Part shown: positions 50,239 to 61,716 of the stretch, piece after piece | How the letters are laid out: each line of letters starts with the position of its first letter | Numbering within the stretch: the stretch's first letter is position 1 | NCBI GenBank assembly: GCA_002633005.1 | Contig: NMRA01000059.1 | Coordinates: 1,079,133-1,143,132, forward strand | DNA from: Phoronis australis | Taxonomy: Eukaryota; Animalia; Phoronida | Direction: 5' to 3' | DNA: 64,000 nucleotides | The notes under the pieces: model-generated | What the model was told of the DNA's origin: nothing | What the model saw: the letters and a program-made list of their open reading frames with translations, nothing else | Database searches by the model: none | Made by a program: the position numbers and the translations under genes

Positions 50239-53200
50239 CTACAAAGGAAACAAAAGAAATATAATTAATTAAACAACACTTATTTTCAGCATGTATGGCA
50301 ATCAAAACGTCATACCATACACACAAATACTGTTTCTGGCCACAGCCAGTTTACATAAACTTTGTAAATTATCAATGAACATGGACATATTTGCCACACA
50401 TGTGAACCAACATATGGTACTGTAGACATTCCATATGGAACACAGATCAGTGACAACTTGTCAACATCTGAGACTCATAAAAATCTGCCTCATTGTCAGA
50501 CTGAACAAATAAGCAGTTGTTTTCAATTTAACCCATAAGACTTCTTTAAGATCCAATGTGCTCCTGGCGTTTATCAGTTTTTTAGCCTTCATACCAGTAT
50601 ACCGTTTCCTGACACTAAAATTGTTAACACACTTCCTATGTTTTCCACTGTTATGAATCTCAACCGCCATCTCAACTTTCAAAGATAGTTTACCCAATTA
50701 CATAATTATGCTTACACTTCATTTATAGTTTAGTGCCAAAACCTCAAAAATTTGTGAACCACAATAGGATAGCCAAGAAAATACCAATATGATAATTTTC
50801 TCACCAAATTAGTGAATAATTTGACCGAAAAATGTAATTTTATTTAAAGAAAATTACCTTTGTTAGTGGCATGAGGCCATGTCAAAAAACAACGCAGAAA
50901 AAACAAATTTCAACAAAAAAATTTGAACTTACTATCCTCACATCACGATTTATATTTTGAAAATGTAAAAAAATTGGTAGCTTCCATTAAATTACTGTAA
51001 TTTGTCATTAATTAGTTGCTTGTAAGTCAACAAGTTTTGAATAATTGCCTCATAAATTCATGAGCATGAGATTCTAATTAATTCAAGTGATATGTTAATT
51101 GGACAACAGAATCGCCTGCCACCAAATATCATTAAACCATAAACTATTCAAAGTTATGATGCTGTGGTAGTGAATGATATGTCCAGCTATGTAAAGAATT
51201 CAGGATAATAACACAGGATCTTGTGCCAAACATTCTTTCCTCCAAAGGCTAGGACAAAGCTGGATAACTCAGTATCAATATTTACTTTGAGCTTGTTATA
51301 ACACTAATAGCCCATTGTCTATGGAACATAGTTATCTAAACAAATTGAACTATCTATAACACATAGTCATTCTATAAGCTTTGTGAGTAGTGCTTCCAAA
51401 CAGTTTTGAGTAGACAGCCAACAACAACAGAATACAACAGAAATGTTTAGCATTCACCCTTTTGGTAGATGAGCAATAACACATTCATTACAATAAAAAC
51501 ATAAAACAATCGCAGACAATGGACTGGGAGTTAAAACATTCCGAGACATTCCGTGGAATTTATTGGAAAAGCTTGCCCGAGTGAGACAAAGCGAAATTAA
51601 TAGGGAATGATATCAACAGTAGGGACATGCCCAGAACTGTTTCATGGTCTGAAGGTGTTTATGTTTTCATATTCGCCTAATGCTGCCTGGGCCTGCCACA
51701 ACTGTATTCAGGCCTAAGCACGCTAAAACACAGTCAATTATGCCCTTTTCAACCTCTATTGACTGCTTTTGAATGGCTGTGAGGGGCAATAGTTATTCAG
51801 CGCTAGGCGTAAATGACCTATTAATATCAAAAGCCGCAACAGAATTAATAACAAACCCGAGCAGGCTGCGTCATTCAGTGGGAGTTTCCAAGTGATTTTT
51901 ATAACTACTCAATTATTGCGTACACAATGAAACCAAACAAGAACCAACTTATTACAATTGCATTTATGCCTGCAAGCTACATTAAAGTGGTTAGACAGAA
52001 TCCAAACCGCTAATGCATAACTAACACTAACAGCCTATACTAATTAGTCAATAAAAAGAAAATGGGATCCATTTCATTGTTAACATAACGAGCAAAACTG
52101 GTTACCATCAAAGGACTAATTTGTAACTGCCATTCACGCAGATACATAACCAAACTGCCAGAGTTTTGTTAGACTCCAAACTTTATCATAGAAAAATCTC
52201 ACAGCTGTGACATCCAGCGAATACCCAAACTTATTAAGATTTTGGCCATGGTTCAAATTCTATCACAGACATGTGACACAGGACAAAAGCTCTACCCAGG
52301 TAGAAATGAACGCTTCAAAACACACACTGGGTCAATGCAGACAGCCATTTAGAGACTGGACCCCTGCCTGGCAGTGTTCCAACAATAGGTACATGTCAAC
52401 ACTGGCGTATACCAGCATTGCTATGTAACCAATAGCAACACACCTGGAGACCAATGGTACTAGGAAAAAAGGGGGGAATACCTGCAGTGGAACAATAGCT
52501 ACTCATAGTACCCTCTTTGCTACGTCCTTATACAAGGAACTTGGTTTAAATATCAACAGTAAGTTAAAAAGTTCATGCACTACCTGTGTATGGTGTTTGC
52601 ACAATACCTATTCCTGTGCACAAACAGGCAGAATAGAAAAGGGCGCCAAATACTGAGAATGACGACACACTGAAGATAACATTAACACCAAATGTATTTA
52701 ACTGCTGATAAATCATGAACAATGTTATTTACCCCCTGAAAATACAGAACCGTGCACACTGTATTATAAAAGATAGAGAGAAATTTTTCTAAAAATAATT
52801 GCATTAATCAAGTACGTGAGAGATTTGGAAACCACAGGGGGTCACAGGTGAATGCATTAAATAAAGCAACCGACATGGTTACCACCTGACAACTTCCGCT
52901 CGATTTGACAAGTAGTCAAAAACATCACTGGATCGCTGTTTGCTTAATTTGTGTTAAAATTAACGATTCAAGATAACATTTATTTCTACAACAAAACAAA
53001 AAAGATGGTTGTACTTGGAATGATTTTCTGCAATAGTTCTCAGACATAGAAATCTTCAAATGCACCAGCATCACATGCCTTTCATTCGGAATTAGTTACG
53101 AAATTCTTTATAATCACAAGCACAAACATGGCTTGGAGTTCATTGAACGCTGAAAAACCTAACACAAGTCAAACACCTCAACTAGATACAACAGCTGACC

Positions 53201-55205
53201 ATCAATGCAGGCTGTGTGAACGACCAGCGATCTCCAACTCGTCAAAAATGTTGTGTTTACTAAGTAAACAAAAAGAAATGGTCTTCAGCAACACTGGTTC
53301 TTGAAATTGCACAACGTTTCTGTCAGGTAAATCACAATTCATTATTTCCAAAGAAGACTGAAGACAAATAAATAAAAACTAAGTCAATACTTGAGAGCAC
53401 AGTGACACATATGACTGGCTACTATTGGTCAGTGGATCAAGTCACTGAACCCTACTGGCAGTGTTGAATATATATGCGAATACATAATATTACCACTTCA
53501 TGAGAAAAAGAGCAAAATCTGGCCATTGACCCCGACAGGCTATCCTTATCTTACATCATGCTACCAAGGCTTATGGAAACCCCCAGGTACAGAATTAAAA
53601 ACAAACTAGTTCAATTGAGAGTTTAATCGCCCTTTGAGAGTAGAAAAGGTAGTGCAAGCACAGCATTTCTAATTCACCTATATAGTAGAATAGCTTTTGT
53701 CACCTTTGTGAAAATGTATCAGAATGGATAAAACAGCCTTTATGTTGTATTTCCTTGTGTAAATAAACACAAGGCCAGAGGGGAAATTCTGGAACATGAG
53801 AAATTGACATCCCGGGTGTAAGTTAACTTCATAGCCATAGAGTTAATAAATTAACAACTCGAAATGATGCACTTCAGAATGCAATGAAGATTCATTATTT
53901 GGTAAAAACTACCAAAATACTTATAGATTTTCAAAAATATTTTGCATTTAGTTTCCACAAAAGAAGAATAGCAAAAAAATCACAAACTCCAGATTTTCTG
54001 GCCACACATTCATAAAATAGTTAATCAATTGAAGCATAAGTAGTAATTAACTGAACAAGCAAATGATGAGTACCCTATAGTCTAGTCAGAACCAATTTCT
54101 AATTATCTTCCACCACCAGTCCTGCTGCTCAAGTTACCACAAACTGTCCTTCACTCCAATCAAACCAACTCAATGCCTGGTCATAAAAAAAGTAAACCCA
54201 TCTCTTTGCATTGACTAATCTATTAATCTTAGCGTCAGCTGTTATCGTTATTTTGACTGGGGGAGTCACGGAGTCTCTCCAGTGACATATAGTTCAACAA
54301 CGAGACAATACTAATTTGTTACCATGAACTCTGCAACAATGAAGCCTGGACTTTCATCTCCCTTAGGTTTCAGTCCATTTCAGATAACCTCAGTGAACTT
54401 GTAGAAAATATCAGGGCTACCTCAGAGATAACAAAAAGTGACTGCAATGGGCTGGGGTTAGCACTCTATCAAAACCTGTCATTATATCCCAGGAAAACAA
54501 TTCAATAATAGCCAAAATGGGAAATTTATCCAACAGCTGATGTCGTGACGTCATTCTGGAGGGCATAAATGCATGTATGTGGCTGATTGATTTTTCACAT
54601 ACAGTTGATAGTCATAGTAAGAGGGGATCAGTGTAAGTAATGATGGCCTGGAGGAGTCTATAAACAAATGGGATTTCCTAAGTGTCAAGAGTTCATGATA
54701 AGTAGTACATGCCAAGCACATAAATTCAACATAATTTTCATAATTTAAGATACTCCACGATACGCTGGTGCATCAAATTATGTACTTGTTTTTTTGATAT
54801 AATTCTCGGTCAAAAGTTCACCACTATTTTTAACACCAGAAAGGAACAAATTGAGATTGCTAGTTAAATGCCATGACGAAAGAGTTCTACAACATCAGAC
54901 AAAAAATGACTAAGAAGCCTTGAGTCGATATCACCACAGTGAAAATCGTACAAAGGAAAAATAAATATTTTTAAAATTAATGAAAAAACTACAAAACTAA
55001 AATTTCCCAGGCCACCAAATTTAACCCCTGAGCTAGAACGAAGCTAACTTTTGCACAACGATCAATCCAAAGGCAATCAGCCCTTCACTCGACAGGCTAG
55101 ATTTTACCTCACTCAAATGAAACTTCTCAATACAGTTGTATCCAACTTTGCAGGCTTTGCTGTATTTTATTCAGCTTCTCAATAGACTGTTATGTACTTA
55201 CCACA

Positions 55206-55330
55206 CTATGTGGTCCTGTGGGGTAACGACTGCGAGGATGAGGTTTGCACAGGCGACAGTGTTCGTGTCTTACTTGGCGGCGAATCAGTTTTGTTGGCAG
55301 ATGTTTTTCTCTTTTTCTTCTTCATAAAAT
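55206..55330 (-). CDS. CDKN1: Cip/Kip CDK inhibitor coding exon 2 (PIP degron end, NLS, QT-like tail)
   Basis: aatgttttag|AT completes Asp: (D)FMKKKKRKTSANKTDSPPSKTRTLSPVQTSSSQSLPHRTT-TAG. The spliced junction reads QAPITDFMKKKKRK, like p21 QTSMTDFYHSKRR. Total CDS 498 nt = 165 aa plus stop. Confidence 0.92.
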
Positions 55331-56516
55331 CTAAAACATTACTAACAGTTATACACAGGAGCCCACAAATTGGACAAAAACTAAGCAAGAGACATGACTG
55401 CAAAGACACACTGCACTGGGATTTGTACAAATAACAACTTGATCAAACCAGATGACATTTAAATAAAGCAATGCTGTTGCATGCTTTTGACCTGTAAATC
55501 TTATGCATCACACTTCAAACACAGTGCAAACTGTACTTGACAAAGCCATTTTACACTAATCAAATACCAGAGTTAGGCAACTGTCCCAAGAAATGAACAA
55601 ATGGGCAATTAGTTCACTTCTATCAATAGTTTCGGCACTGCTCTGCAGCAAAACATTTTTCAAATGTCACTAAGCTTTTCTCAACAGATACCATGTTGAT
55701 CTGATATGCTGTCACCAATGATTTTCTGCACCACTTCACTTCAGGCCTGTTGCAGGGCCAAGCAATGACCAATCACCTACACCATATAATTACCCTCTTC
55801 AGCAAACAGAATGAACAACTGTTCAGATTCTTAACACTCAACTGATTACCACATAATGGTCTTGAATTTTAGTGGTGCCTTCCTTACAGTCAAGCAATCT
55901 AGCTAACACAAACACAACAATTCAAGATTTTGTCTGCAGGAAACATGGGTAGAGGAAAGTTACCTGTCGAGAATCCTGTCATTTTTCAACTGCATTCTGG
56001 GATGGTGATATCACATTCAACTTTTGTAATTTGCATTTGAGTGGTGAGATTGCATGACTGGATGGGCAGGCCTTGAAAATTTCTGTGTAAAAGATTTGCC
56101 AATATACATTACATTTAAAAGTTCTATGCATTTTGAGGCTGGCTTTCAATTTTTTAAATTTTATACGTAATGATTGCTTTGTCATGATCGCAAAAAAAGC
56201 ATGTTGCAGTGGAACCATACTTTCAATTCAGGTGCGCTCAAGCAACAAGTGTTACATCCAGTCACACTGTTTACACCTCACCATGTTGTATGTACTCTCA
56301 CTGGATGATACAGCTGACAACCATTCCACAAGGCATTTGAAAAGAGACAAGATTATATCCCTTCAATATTGACACCAGTTGGTTTGCACTTTTTGGGCAT
56401 TCATTACCAATGGCCAGTACATATTAACCATACTGAGAATACTACAGTACTATTTTCTTAGTGTCTTATGTCATCTGATGCCTGTGTTCAATATACATGA
56501 TTGATGGTCCACGACA

Positions 56517-56616
56517 CAGGTCAGTGCTGATGCATGGCCAGGGACAGGGTAGTGTACACACTCAGGTCAGTGCTGATGCATGGCCAGGGACAGGGTAGTG
56601 TACACACTCCAGGTCA
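56517..56616. repeat. 46-bp tandem duplication in CKI intron 1
   Basis: caggtcagtgctgatgcatggccagggacagggtagtgtacacact twice. Confidence 0.85.
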
Positions 56617-58354
56617 TGAGTGACTCAAGTGTTCACCTTCAGAGTGGACAATGTAACAACAGAAAGATGGTGCCTATTGAATAATTGCAAAGGAGTGTTC
56701 CCTGGATTCCTTACACCTTCTCCTCCAATCACTACACACTCCTCTAGCAAAAATAATGTATTACAACTGATCCCATGGGGTGATTTCATGGCCTAGATAC
56801 ACACAAATCAAGTCCTATCATGATGTCATGTCAGTTAGGTTAGTAACAGCACATATTGACACTTGACATTTACTTGCTCAGTTAAAACACCAGTTCACTC
56901 AAATGAAGTTCTATATTACCTTGTTCTTGAAAATTTCTGCTCATTATAGTTAAAAGGGTGAAAATCAGGCAGATTTTTAGCCTGTTGCCAAGGACTGACA
57001 AGCGCTTGTTGGACAAGAGCCAAACAAGAGCAGTAAGCCTTGAATGGTAACCTAATTTGCCATTTAAGCCTTGCCACACAACCAAATGTGGCTTGCCCTA
57101 GCTAGGCTATCTAATCAGAACTGTTTTCAACATTAATTGCGTAATGGAGACCCGGTGTCAACGTACTATCGTTCACAAAGATATCCATCTGCTCCAATCG
57201 CACTTGTTCCCTACCAACGGACTTAATCTTATAATTCAGAGGCAGCTTAAACAATGGCCTTTCACCTTTACAAGAGGTACTCTACTAATGAACTCCTACT
57301 GATAGATAGTTTAAATGAAAACTAGGTGAAGGTGTAATTAATTTATCACAACATCTGTCAGTGTGACAAGGCACTGGTCAATAACCTATAACTCCTTGCG
57401 GGGTGTTGTCCTTTGCAAGTTAAATGTTACTATTACATGACACTTGGACAAACAAAGACCTCTAAAAGCAATATCAATCAATCGGCTATTTATATGAAAT
57501 AAGCAGCAAACTTAGTCGTATTCCAATAGAAATCTGTGTGAGCCAAGGGCCAACATCTGCTTGTGAAAAATCCAAAATGTAGGTAATTCAATAGAACAAT
57601 GGCTATAAAACAAAGACGAAAATAGTAAATGACTCCAAAAGAATCAAAAATCCCACAAAGGCAAGCTTCTTTGTTGATCTGGATGTGTTATTTATGAAGG
57701 TAAACGCATACAACTCAAAATATCAATTACTTCGATTTAAAGCCTCATCATTAAAAACCATGCTTTTGGAAAGTAAAATTTTGTTTTATTTCTTAGGGTG
57801 GCTAATTAGCATTCCTAATTAGATATAAAGCCATGTAACCAATGCAATTAACGATAAGCAGTACTTCAACCAATCAAAGCCAAAACTTTGATTATAGCAT
57901 TTACATTGGCTTCAAACACAAGACAGGTGAAAAAACTTTTTTTCCAAGTGAGTCAAAATCAGGGTATAACAGTGGCATTGTAATAGACCATCATCATCGT
58001 TAAAGTTTAGAATAAATTTCATTTTCTTCATCTAAAATGTGTGGTACCTTAACAGCTTCACTGACACTTCAGTTAATCTGACCTTAAATGCAGTATTTAT
58101 CCCCAGGACAGCTCATGTAAACCAGTGCTTTATCACTAGAACAACCCTTGAAATCACTTGCTGAGTGATTGACAAAGGCTGACAAGCAAGGGATATGACA
58201 AGCAGAAGATTTGGATAAGTGCCAAAATCACTACTGTCCAGGTCATCAAAAGTGCACACATGACTGCTGGGCAGAGGCATGGAATGCTCACTGAACAACA
58301 CCTCTCACTATAGTCTACAATTGAACAAATCATTTAGATTAGTGATTCCGCGCA

Positions 58355-58374
58355 AAACATGTCCAAGCATGTCC
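58355..58374. promoter_or_regulatory. p53-family response element, perfect consensus, no spacer
   Basis: AAACATGTCC AAGCATGTCC = (RRRCWWGYYY)x2, both with CATG cores, in CKI intron 1. Confidence 0.8.
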
Positions 58375-58426
58375 AGGAACAATACGTGAAAAGTTGAACT
58401 GTTATCTGCTTATAACCAAAGTCTGC

Positions 58427-58446
58427 TGGCAAGCTTAGTCAAGTCT
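58427..58446. promoter_or_regulatory. Second p53-family response element (18/20)
   Basis: TGGCAAGCTT AGTCAAGTCT; both CWWG cores intact, no spacer, 52 bp from the perfect site. Confidence 0.55.
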
Positions 58447-59385
58447 GAAGCGAATGCTCAGGAAATTGGTACAGAATTGTTAAAAACACCTAATTCTATT
58501 AAGGTTTCACTGTCCAGATTAAAGAAAGTTTTTAGTCGTTTATATTCTATTGAAACGATATGAAACTACATGTTGAGTACTAGCACAGTACTAGTTAGAT
58601 CAGGTTGCAAGTGTAATCTTCATTATACAATACAATCTAGCAACAAATACGATGCACGTTTTTGCGTGGAAATGATTAGTCACAAAATCTACAGAAACTC
58701 AGTCATTCGCCCACGACAGAAACTAGCGTGGTATTACTTTTCGTTCAAATCGTGAATAAATAATTCATCCACAGGCCACCGAATTACTAACAGGTTTCAT
58801 ACTACAAAGTTGGAATACGTCGTAAATTCGCAAGTGTGATGTCAACATTCCCGTCACTCAATATCATTGTCACAAATCGGCAATAGTCACTTAGTCCCTG
58901 GCAGCCGATGGGATAGCGAGCATCGGTTTCAAACACAAAAGAACAAGCGTTGTTTCGCGATTCCTTAACTCTCATAATCTACAACCACTAAACCTAACTA
59001 TTGTAAAAAAATCACCAAGGTGGGTTTATTTACTTCAACTGTTTACGTGTTTACTTGATTGTAATATTCTAGCAGTCGTAGCAAAAAAAAATAAGAATCG
59101 CAAAAGTCCCGACTTGGCGTAGTAAACAAACAATAAAAAAATAATTCTCAATAATTTAATACCCTCCCATCATTTCGCAAATATTGCTCAACAAATTTTC
59201 AGCTTTTACACTATTTGGTTAAAACTTCACTTTACCTATCATTTAAAAAAACACAAATCTAACCGAATGAGTCAAGTAAAACTTCCTTATTATAAAAAGC
59301 AGCTCAAACAAACGAGCATCAACAAGACACAAGCTTACATCATATGACAACTAGGTCAAACAGCGTAGTAGGCAGAGATACGAAC

Positions 59386-59758
59386 CTGTAATAGGCGCTT
59401 GCCTCGTAGGCCTCGCACTAGGCTCAGGATCGTTTTTATCCTCAGGCTTATTATTTACAATAGTAGGTTCGTTCGTACTTCCAACAGGAACAAGATGTAT
59501 TCCAGTAGCGCCGTAGGCAGCTGGAACATTTGAGTTAGCGTCCACGGGCAGCCACTCGAATCTTCCCGGTTTGGGGATGCCCTTCTGGAAATCAAAATTC
59601 CAACGGTCCGCGGCAGCCTCTCTCTGCTTACTTATGTTTTCTTCTAACCATTGCTTTGTTTGGTCGTGATCTGGTCGGCCAAACAAGCACCGGCAGACGC
59701 CTTTTGATGGTGTGATACTCCTCGGCGTGTCGGACATCCTCTGCATAAGAGTTGGCAT
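59386..59758 (-). CDS. CDKN1: Cip/Kip CDK inhibitor (p21/p27/p57/dacapo family), coding exon 1
   Basis: First ATG at 59758 (the track start at 59773 is TTG, with an in-frame TGA at 59779-59777). Cyclin-binding CRCLFG, CDK-binding RWNFDFQKGIPKPGRFEW and VPAAY. Ends RQAPIT-G|gttcgt, phase 1. Confidence 0.95.
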
Positions 59759-59796
59759 ATTTTCAGATACCAACCCTCACGTCTCCAGATGAAATC

Positions 59797-59900
59797 ACTA
59801 ACCTATGTTATCACGGTGCAACAGCTTTTATGCCATAGCCTATCCAAATAAGGAAGCGTTGATCACGTGACTATATATTGAAACAATTTGATTGGTTGAA
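59797..59900 (-). promoter_or_regulatory. Candidate CKI core promoter
   Basis: On -: CCAAT at 59895-59891, extended E-box GTCACGTGAT at 59871-59862, TATA variant CATAAAAG at 59832-59825, and Inr-like TTAGT with its A at 59799 (~32 nt below the TATA, ~40 nt above the ATG). Confidence 0.5.
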
Positions 59901-61020
59901 GCTTTCCTCGGGCGTCAGCGAGACAAAGCGCTAAGCAGTCGATTAGACACCGACAACATCACAAAATTTGCAAGAAACGTGTCTTTACTTTTGAGAAAAT
60001 GTTTTTCAAAAGACTTAATGACTATAGTTTGAACGATACGACCACTATTGTTTTCTATACTCACTTTAATCCACGAAAACGTCCAATTTACCTTCTGGCT
60101 GTTAATAAATTCTCTGTAGGCGGAGCGTAGTTGACAGTTTGCCAACACACGCGACAGTCATTAGCATATCAAGGCCTGAATAGATTTGGTGGTAAACAAA
60201 TTCTATTATTACTATATACAACAAAAGCGTGTGTGTGTGTACGATATTGCACTCAGTCATGCCATGAGGGTTGTCGACAGCTGTCGCATTTACATCCAAT
60301 AAGACAATGTCAAAGTCGGTTCAAAGTGACTTATGCAAAATTTGCGAGGATTTTTGAATAATTTGAAGAGAGTCACATTCACGGGATGCTAAATACTTAG
60401 ATGTCATGACGATAGTCATTCAAAGCTACGATTACAAGAGTGTTTGGCAAATGAACCAGTAACACAGCAAGTGGTCGTATTAGTGGGCCTTGAACCCTGA
60501 GCCTTTTGAGCACGTAAGCTTGAGTCTTGTCTTGGTCACCGATTTTAATAATCTCAGTCCCCTGAACTGTTTTGTGGTTTGAGCATTAGTATAGAATAAT
60601 CAATGACACATGAACGTTCGTTTCAGTCAGCAAGAGTCTCGATTTGGAACGTGTCACAATTTCACGTTGAATTTTGGTCTGAACTTTGATTAAGGAATCT
60701 TACCGTCATAAAGCTATTTCTCCCTAGCTCAGAAATCAAATAGATGTTATAACGACATGCGGTCAAAAGTTAAGTTCCTTTTTATTCAAATTAGAAGGTG
60801 CATGGGAAATAATGGCAGTTGGTTTTTGCAGCGATTCCATGGTCTGTGTGAAGAATCATAGGCTTGCTGTGAGTCCCTGCAAGAAGTAACGAACTATCTC
60901 TTTTTCTCAAGTTCAGTTATCACTTCTAGTAATCTGAGACCAAGTTTATAACGCGAAGTGAGATAAATCTTAATTACTTTTTCACAGAAGGCGAGTTTCA
61001 TAGCAAACATGAGGGAAATG

Positions 61021-61203
61021 CATGGGCGCAGCATGCACTGAAATAAGTGGAGGGCTATAACCCCCCTGCCCCTTATATGGTGTCTAAGTGGAGGGCTATA
61101 TAACCCCCTGCCCCCTATATGGTGTCCATAGGCGATTCAGCACTGAAAAACTGGGGGCTATAGCCTCCCCCCCTCCCCCAGCCCCCTATGGTGCGTCGCC
61201 ACA
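61021..61203. mobile_element. Short GC-rich MITE-like fragments with an internal 41-bp duplication
   Basis: aagtggagggctata..acccc.ctgcccc.tatatggtgtc twice; related starts catgggcgcagcatgcactgaaa and cataggcgattcagcactgaaa. Confidence 0.45.
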
Positions 61204-61533
61204 ATGGCAAAAATACACCGGAGCGTGCATTTCAGTTCTTATAAATCGTAGAAACTGTCGGTGTCATTTTCTCTTTTTAGCGTGAATTGGTAAATTGTTA
61301 GCAGTTCACTTGTATGCAGGGGCGTACATCTTCGACAACTACGCGACGATCACAATGCTCGTCATACTTCAAGCAAGACGGAATCTTTACCAAATATTGT
61401 GTACGTGGTGGGTTTTGCAGCACAATAAAAATCCAGATCAGTAAAATAACACGCAATCGGAAAAATGCGTGTACTTGTAGCCTACCTGAGACAATAACAA
61501 AACGAAAATAGTGAAACACTACCCGTTACAGCC

Positions 61534-61716
61534 CATGCGAGCACCCGGGGGGGGGGGGGCGNNNNNNNCTAAACAAGCACAAACGCGCAATTCACAGTGG
61601 TGCGCCCGTTTTTTTTTATTAATTTTTTTTAATCCGCCCGCTATTTTGTTACTAAAAGATCCCCAATGTTAGGAATACGAGCCCCCCCCCCATTGTGAAG
61701 GCTGGGTGTGCGCATG
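61534..61716. mobile_element. Short MITE-like element with G/C-run subtermini
   Basis: catgcgagcacccgg(G)n ... (C)n...ctgggtgtgcgcatg imperfect TIR; contains a small N gap. Confidence 0.45.

Noticed and set aside
51623-51632. p53 half-site GGACATGCCC in the 3' UTR intron
   Set aside because: No adjacent half-site with an intact CWWG core; single half-sites are expected by chance.
59351-59385. C-terminus GSYLCLLRCLT of ORF 59351..59773, and its TTG start
   Set aside because: Intron read-through past the donor at 59385; splicing to 55330 restores the conserved TDF motif. The first ATG is at 59758.
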